From: an uncultured Muribaculaceae bacterium
Lineage (GTDB): Bacteria > Bacillota_I > Bacilli_A > RF39 > UBA660
DNA: 50,661 bases
Reading direction: 5' to 3'
NCBI GenBank assembly: GCA_964539185.1
Contig: CAZIFR010000001.1
Span: 1 to 50,661 of the forward strand
In this document: one piece after another, positions 45,797 to 50,661 of the stretch
Numbering within the stretch: position 1 is the stretch's first letter
Layout of the letters: each line of letters starts with the position of its first letter
The notes under the pieces: generated by a model
Seen by the model: only the letters and a program-made list of their open reading frames with translations
The model's database searches: none
Told to the model about the DNA's origin: nothing
Position numbers and translations under genes: made by a program

Positions 45797-46882
45797 ATGA
45801 GATACGTAGGAATCAACAATTTAAAACCAGGTGATTTTCTCTATAATAATGTGTATGATACCAATAATAGATTATTAGTAACAAAAGATAAACCTTTAGA
45901 TCAGAATATTATTAATAAATTAAAAGAATTAGGATATACAGGTTTCTATATAAAAGATGATAGATATCAAGTGTTTAATTTTTCCGAAAATATTCCTTAT
46001 AGTCTAAAAAATAAAGCTACTACTGATTTAAAAAAAATGGACATTCAAGCTACCGTTGAAAATGCTAAAGACATAGTAAAAAATATATTAATTAAAAAGA
46101 ATATTTATATCGACTATATCGATACTAGAAATCCAGAAAACGAATTGTTTCAACATTCTGTTTTTGTTGCTGAAGTTTCAGTTGTTATTGGTAAAGCCTT
46201 AGGCCTTGCAGAACCCCATTTAATAGAACTAGCTACAGCAGCTCTTCTACATGATATTGGTAAACTTTGTAAAAACCCTAAAATCATGTCGAAAATCATG
46301 CCTGCAAACGCAAAAGAAATTGAACCATATGTAGATGAAAAACACCCAGCATACGGATATCGGCTACTTGAAGTTGATAAAGACTATAATTTAAATCCCA
46401 AAATCAAAACTGCTATTTTGTTACATAATAAAAATGAAGATGGTAGTGGTATTACCGGACTTGATTGGGTCGATGTTAAACCAATAAATAATATCCCTCT
46501 TTATGCTAAAATAATACATGTAGCCGATGAATATGATATAAAAAGAAATGATCCAATAATGGGAAGTCCATTAGAAGCTGTTGAGTATTTAAATGGGGGT
46601 TATGGAACTTTATTTGACCAATCAGTTGTCAATGCATTCCTTATTCATGTTGCAGTGTATCCAACTGGAATGCCTGTAATGATTATCCAGGATTCAAAAG
46701 AATTTTACGGAGTTGTTTATCAACAAAATAACAAATTACCAGCTAGACCAAAAGTACAATTAACAAATGGTGAAGTAATTGATTTAAGTACTAAAGATTA
46801 TACAACTGCTCAAATAAAAACTGAGCAAGAATTAATAAGAGAAGCTAATCGCAATAATCAACAAGAAAATATAAGAAGATAG
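45797..46882 (+). CDS. HD-GYP-family (HD superfamily) protein with degenerate HHE/GYP motifs and a DUF3391-like N-terminal domain
   Basis: AGGTGG RBS. HSVFVAEVS...AALLHDIGK (H...HD). HPAYGYRLL. LLHNKNEDGSGITG where canonical proteins have HHE..DGSGYP. IIHVADEYD. Confidence 0.7.
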   Translation: MRYVGINNLKPGDFLYNNVYDTNNRLLVTKDKPLDQNIINKLKELGYTGFYIKDDRYQVFNFSENIPYSLKNKATTDLKKMDIQATVENAKDIVKNILIKKNIYIDYIDTRNPENELFQHSVFVAEVSVVIGKALGLAEPHLIELATAALLHDIGKLCKNPKIMSKIMPANAKEIEPYVDEKHPAYGYRLLEVDKDYNLNPKIKTAILLHNKNEDGSGITGLDWVDVKPINNIPLYAKIIHVADEYDIKRNDPIMGSPLEAVEYLNGGYGTLFDQSVVNAFLIHVAVYPTGMPVMIIQDSKEFYGVVYQQNNKLPARPKVQLTNGEVIDLSTKDYTTAQIKTEQELIREANRNNQQENIRR

Positions 46883-46903
46883 GTATTACTATTTTAAAAT
46901 AAT

Positions 46904-46945
46904 AAAAAGAACTCTAAGAAAAATATTTCAAAATGAGTTCTTTTT
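46904..46945. terminator. Bidirectional terminator between convergent genes
   Basis: aaaaagaactc (46904-46914) pairs with gagttcttttt (46935-46945), with a 20-nt loop. A-run and T-run arms allow function on both strands. Confidence 0.55.
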
Positions 46946-47000
46946 ATTGTTTATAATTTTTATAACCTTATATTTCAAGAGATTAGCAATGATCTTTGAA

Positions 47001-47663
47001 TCATTTTTTCATTTTGAGCTTTTTACAATATGAATATTCTTCCATATGAACTTGATGGTATTCAGGATTATACGCAATAAGGTTTTTATATAGTTTCATA
47101 AAAGAGCTGTTAAAAGGTTGATGCCTGCTTCCGCTATTTCTAAATCTAACTGAATAAGTGAAAAAAGGATCAGCTATTTTACTTTTTTCAATGGTAATTA
47201 TAAATGTTTCATTTCTTTTTTTTATTTTTAAAACACTAGCATCATCATAAGCATAATCATCACAATGCCATTCAATAGCATTATTTTGAAAAAGACGATG
47301 AGGATTATGTTTTTCTTGTCTTCTACAATTATTATTCCATCTTTTAAATTCTTGCCTTTTAGACTCAATTTCCTCTTCATCTTCACAACAGGAAATTTCG
47401 ATATCATCTAACTCAAAGATGTTACAATTTTTTACATCATAATACAACCTTTCAAACAAAGAATATACATAATAATTTTCCTTAGTGATAGTAAAAGATT
47501 TAGACTCAGGCTCTTCCATTATCCTTTTTTGATATAAATATCGCCAATATAAATCTAAATTACCCGCAAAACATATTGCAAAACTACCTTCATCAGTTGT
47601 AATAACAAACTGATAATAACCTGCATGAGCCCATTCTATTTTTTCTTTTTTAATTTCTAACAT
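47001..47663 (-). CDS. Hypothetical protein (220 aa), acidic/Cys/His-containing, no recognised family
   Basis: GGAGGT RBS and an intact ORF. Features include CCEDEEEIE, WHCDDYAYDD, and a weak N/C internal similarity (KIEWAH... / AIEWHC...). Confidence 0.5.
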   Translation of the reverse strand: MLEIKKEKIEWAHAGYYQFVITTDEGSFAICFAGNLDLYWRYLYQKRIMEEPESKSFTITKENYYVYSLFERLYYDVKNCNIFELDDIEISCCEDEEEIESKRQEFKRWNNNCRRQEKHNPHRLFQNNAIEWHCDDYAYDDASVLKIKKRNETFIITIEKSKIADPFFTYSVRFRNSGSRHQPFNSSFMKLYKNLIAYNPEYHQVHMEEYSYCKKLKMKK

Positions 47664-48234
47664 TTTTTACCTCCATTAATATTTTGTCTCGACTTTCATT
47701 TTTGGTTTTTCTAATTTTTGAAGTAATACAATTACACTTTCTCTATTTGAAGTTACAATTTGGCATTAATAACACCATAACTTATTATATTTCTGAAAAC
47801 CACTTTGTTATATTAAATCTTCATAATAATGATTATTAATATTTTAAAACTATTCATAATTATCTTTAAGAATAATAAAGTTACTTCAGAAAAATCGCAA
47901 GCAGCACGTTTATAATTTACAATATTAATATTATTGAAAACTTTACCAGTATTTAAATCTTCTTCATTTCCTTTAAATTCAGTAAATATTAAATGTTATT
48001 ATAACACTCTTAAAAAGCTTTTTAAATCTTTTTTATATGATTTGTCGTTTAAAGAGTTAAATGCAATTTCTACTTATTTTTTTGTTAAAAAACATTAGTA
48101 ATTATATTATACATTACAAAATATTGAATGATTAGTTAGGGAAAAAGTTACCTTATCACTTCATAATATAATTTATAAATTTATATTTTTAACATAAACC
48201 CTTTTTAAAATTAATAAAATATATTGGTGATAAA

Positions 48235-48693
48235 ATGAAAGTTAATTTAAAAAAATTAATTATATTTATAATAATAACATTTTTAATTGGAAGTTTGTTT
48301 GCAATCTTTACTAATAACACCGCTTTTTATAACACTTTAAATAAGCCTGTTGATATTCCAAGCATTGTTTTTCCAATAGTATGGAGCATATTATACTTAT
48401 TAATGGCAATATCAGCATATTTAATAAGTGAAAGTAATAATTCGGATAAGATAAATTCATTAATAATATATTTTATTCAATTATTTGTTAATTCCTTATG
48501 GACACTATTATTCTTTGGGTTTAAATTATATTTGTTTAGTTTCCTTTGGATAATGTTATTAATTATTTTAGTTTCTATAACAATTTATAAGTTTTATAAA
48601 ATTAATAAAGCTTCCACTTATTTAAATATCCCTTATTTATTATGGTTAATATTTGCTGCTTATTTAAATTATATGATTTATTATCTAAATTAA
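48235..48693 (+). CDS. tspO: TspO/MBR family tryptophan-rich sensory protein
   Basis: Five TM segments. FPIVWSILYLLMAISAYL, NSLWTLLFFG, PYLLWLIFAAYLNY. GGTGA RBS. Confidence 0.8.
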   Translation: MKVNLKKLIIFIIITFLIGSLFAIFTNNTAFYNTLNKPVDIPSIVFPIVWSILYLLMAISAYLISESNNSDKINSLIIYFIQLFVNSLWTLLFFGFKLYLFSFLWIMLLIILVSITIYKFYKINKASTYLNIPYLLWLIFAAYLNYMIYYLN

Positions 48694-48708
48694 TAAAAAC
48701 ATAAATTT

Positions 48709-49137
48709 TTATAAATATTTTTTAAATTCTTCGTGAATTTTTTCTTGATTATTTACAAACTCTTCTAATGTTTTTTCAACTTCACTATCTAATTTTTTAT
48801 TATTGATTATTCTTCTTCCTTCAATAATACCCATGTTTGTTCCTTGTAACAAAATTTCAACAATTTTAGAATCTGTATGATCCATCATCGTTTTCATATT
48901 CATCATATAATCAGTCATTGCTTTTGTGAAGTTTCCTATTTCATGAGGGCTTTCTTCACTATAATTACTATATAATTCGTGAATTTTTTCTTCTGTTTCA
49001 TTATATTGATTTAACTCTTTTTCTAAAAGGGCTTTTAGGTCTTTATTATCCACCTTATCTATTACATTGTTAATAGCTTCAATACCCATAGTACATCCTT
49101 TATTTATTTCATCTAATGCATTTTTATTTTCTTCCAT
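48709..49137 (-). CDS. Hypothetical all-helical (four-helix-bundle-like) protein, 142 aa
   Basis: AGGAGAG RBS. Charged, helical sequence (ALDEINKGCTMGIEAINNVIDKV...). Family not recognised with confidence. Confidence 0.5.
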   Translation of the reverse strand: MEENKNALDEINKGCTMGIEAINNVIDKVDNKDLKALLEKELNQYNETEEKIHELYSNYSEESPHEIGNFTKAMTDYMMNMKTMMDHTDSKIVEILLQGTNMGIIEGRRIINNKKLDSEVEKTLEEFVNNQEKIHEEFKKYL

Positions 49138-49204
49138 TATTTCACTCTCCTATATTATTATGTTACTTTTTGATAAAAATAAACATTGTTTTTATCATTT
49201 ATCA

Positions 49205-49228
49205 CAAATAAAAAGCGATTAAATCGCT
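49205..49228 (-). terminator. Candidate terminator after the 261-aa ORF
   Basis: Minus strand: AGCGAT-TTA-ATCGCT (49228-49214) followed by TTTTTATTT. The stem is short (6 bp). Confidence 0.4.
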
Positions 49229-49301
49229 CAAAAATTATTTTTTCTAATATCATGCCTTTTAAATTTGAAAGCTAACAAATTATTGGTAGTTTTGGGTTTT
49301 T

Positions 49302-50087
49302 TTAAAATAATGACTTTACCATTCTTTTTATTTCTGTCTGTGTTTTTTCGTCTTCTTTGTGTTTTAGACTGCTTTTGAAAATAAATCTTATAATTAGTTT
49401 TGTTTTATCTTCTGATAATGTATTTGATGTTTTATAATCCCCCATAATAATATCCTCATTTTGTTTTTCCATAACAGCAAGAGAAAGTCCCATTTGATAA
49501 AAACTCTGAGGTACTCTATCTTTATTTGTCATGGGTTTTCCGTCTTTTCTATAAAGATAGATAACATTAGGGTCTAAACTAGCTGACATCTCGTATTTAA
49601 AATCATCATCGCCTATAAACTTAAACCCACTAGATGATGAGGCTTGTGGAAAAGGCACCGTTTGTTCCCCTTTTTTAAGCCAATAAAATTCTTGAATACC
49701 GTTCATTACATAGTCAAGAATTTCACACTCTTGAATCGTGTTTTTATTTTGCTTTTTTTCTTCATCAAACATACCATTTAACTCATCAACTTTGGTGCTA
49801 TATTGTTCAAATGTTTTTTGTCTTTTTGTTGTCAATTCTTCTAATGATAGTTTTTTATAACTGTCATAATCAAGAATAAAATCTAACCCTTTAAAGTATT
49901 CTATTTCATTTGGTTCATCAAACGAAACGAATTCCGTTTTATTTTTATTCAAGATAAAAAAATTATTGCTAAAAACCTTCATATAAATTGAAGTTGGCAT
50001 TTGAATCTCTGCCTTATTAATAAAAATTAAATCATTTAATTGTACATAAATTTTTTCTTTCCCGTTTTCTACATTAAATATTTTCAT
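49302..50087 (-). CDS. Hypothetical protein (261 aa), no recognised family
   Basis: GGGGAGGG RBS 9 nt upstream of the ATG at 50087. Intact ORF with no signal peptide or TM segment. Confidence 0.5.
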   Translation of the reverse strand: MKIFNVENGKEKIYVQLNDLIFINKAEIQMPTSIYMKVFSNNFFILNKNKTEFVSFDEPNEIEYFKGLDFILDYDSYKKLSLEELTTKRQKTFEQYSTKVDELNGMFDEEKKQNKNTIQECEILDYVMNGIQEFYWLKKGEQTVPFPQASSSSGFKFIGDDDFKYEMSASLDPNVIYLYRKDGKPMTNKDRVPQSFYQMGLSLAVMEKQNEDIIMGDYKTSNTLSEDKTKLIIRFIFKSSLKHKEDEKTQTEIKRMVKSLF

Positions 50088-50400
50088 AATCTAAAACCCT
50101 CCCCATTTCAAGTATATATTATTTTACCACTTTTTTAAAAAATGTAAACCATTTCATATAACTATCTTGCTTATTTTCTTACTTATTAAATATCACTATA
50201 TAAATTTTTTTATAAGCAAATCATTGATAATGGGCAGTAATAATTCGTCATACTGTCTGTAATATTTTTTTTAAGATATTGCAGGTATAGAAAGAATTGT
50301 TGTTGGGGTCCTGTTGTCAATGAAAAATTATAAAGAAGTGAAAAATATTCTACAATAAACATCTGACTGGTTTACTGCTAATTTAAACTTTAGCAGTAGA

Positions 50401-50421
50401 TTTGTCAAACTTAATGACAAA
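50401..50421. promoter_or_regulatory. Palindromic candidate operator TTTGTCA-N7-TGACAAA
   Basis: A perfect 7-bp inverted repeat. Further TTGTCAA half-sites lie at 50314-50320 and 50441-50447. A 9-bp-stem hairpin (50373-50398) lies immediately upstream. Confidence 0.35.
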
Positions 50422-50585
50422 TTGATTTTTATCATTAGTTTTGTCAAAAACACATTCATTCTATTTTTATTAATTTAATTACTGAAAATTTTTGCCAATA
50501 TTGATCCTTTTATTCAATCAAAAACATATAGAAAAATACTTATTTTCCAAAAAAACACACCTAAAAGCGTACCTAAAAAAATGAA

Positions 50586-50631
50586 AAAGGCTACAAAGCC
50601 TTTAATATAAAAAGTGGAGCCTTTCGGCTCC
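50586..50631 (-). terminator. Two tandem rho-independent terminators for a minus-strand gene beyond the right window edge
   Basis: Minus strand: GGAGCC-GAAA-GGCTCC (50631-50616) followed by ACTTTTTATATT, then AAAGGCT-TTGT-AGCCTTT (50603-50586) followed by TTCATTTTTTT. Confidence 0.6.
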
Positions 50632-50661
50632 TTCAGGGGGCGCCTTGGAAGCAGTTTTTAC

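Noticed and set aside
47830-47916. 28-codon plus-strand ORF (MIINILKLFIIIFKNNKVTSEKSQAARL) in the 570-bp gap
   Set aside because: No RBS lies upstream, and the AT-rich hydrophobic translation is what random sequence of this composition would give.
50500-50612. Minus-strand ~30-codon hydrophobic reading frame (IKGFVAFFIFLGTLLGVFFWKISIFLYVFD), a possible type I toxin
   Set aside because: There is no ATG, GTG or TTG start. The only candidate is ATT, about 21 nt from the AAGGAG, which is itself inside the terminator hairpin. The frame overlaps the tandem terminators and is probably fortuitous.
50600-50661. Start of an SRP (4.5S/scRNA) gene, because of GGAAGCAG on the plus strand
   Set aside because: The flanking bases do not fold into the helix-8 tetraloop and symmetric-loop arrangement (AGG...GNRA...AGCA). 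The hairpin plus T-tract geometry fits minus-strand terminators better. This cannot be settled without sequence beyond the window.
1-50661. CRISPR arrays, tRNA/rRNA genes, IS elements, integrases and prophage remnants
   Set aside because: Reading both strands, I saw no spaced direct-repeat arrays, no GC-rich cloverleaf-sized islands (apart from the edge hairpins), and no transposase- or recombinase-like ORFs.

Overview
This is a 50.7-kb, visibly AT-rich chromosomal segment (GC not computed) from an endospore-forming low-GC Bacillota, possibly Clostridia or Erysipelotrichia-like; no species can be assigned from the sequence alone. I support about 37 protein-coding genes, most on the minus strand and tightly packed, with several 1-4 nt overlaps. 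I found no rRNA, tRNA, CRISPR array, transposase, integrase or recognisable phage or defence module.

Housekeeping genes are interleaved with spore-specific genes.
- Housekeeping: polC, prfA, prmC, trpS and pgi.
- Spore-specific: a collagen-like BclA-type surface protein with an adjacent glycosyltransferase, a tricistronic GerA-family germinant receptor in A-C-B order, a 21-Cys CotY/CotZ-like protein, a CotJC/Mn-catalase-like protein, a PG_binding plus 4xLysM protein, and a SleC-like cortex lytic enzyme.
- Envelope and transport functions: a 2.55-kaa cyclic beta-1,2-glucan synthase-like giant protein, a Ca2+ P-type ATPase, a DUF368 protein, two large FtsX-type permeases sharing one ATPase, an ABC exporter, a NitT/TauT-type importer without a binding protein, and TspO.

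The candidates I consider most worth follow-up are:
1. The Cgs-like GT84/GH94 giant gene, translationally coupled to a short pgi, in a Gram-positive sporeformer.
2. The prfA / ABC exporter / prmC / ATP-grasp / polC co-directional block, where an ATP-grasp ligase sits between the RF1 methyltransferase gene and polC.
3. An FtsX/MacB-type permease carrying a ~225-residue extracytoplasmic coiled coil.
4. A TrpRS with a C-terminal Cys cluster and no T-box leader, embedded in a patatin/DUF368 operon.
5. A Cys-knot collagen-like protein that may pair with the Cys-rich CotY/Z-like protein.

The right end (about 47-50.7 kb) looks accessory. It holds ORFans, two ~570-bp ORF-free gaps with gene remnants and repeated motifs, and a GC-rich hairpin cluster at the window edge.

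All functional calls rest on motif recognition and remembered family signatures, not on database searches.
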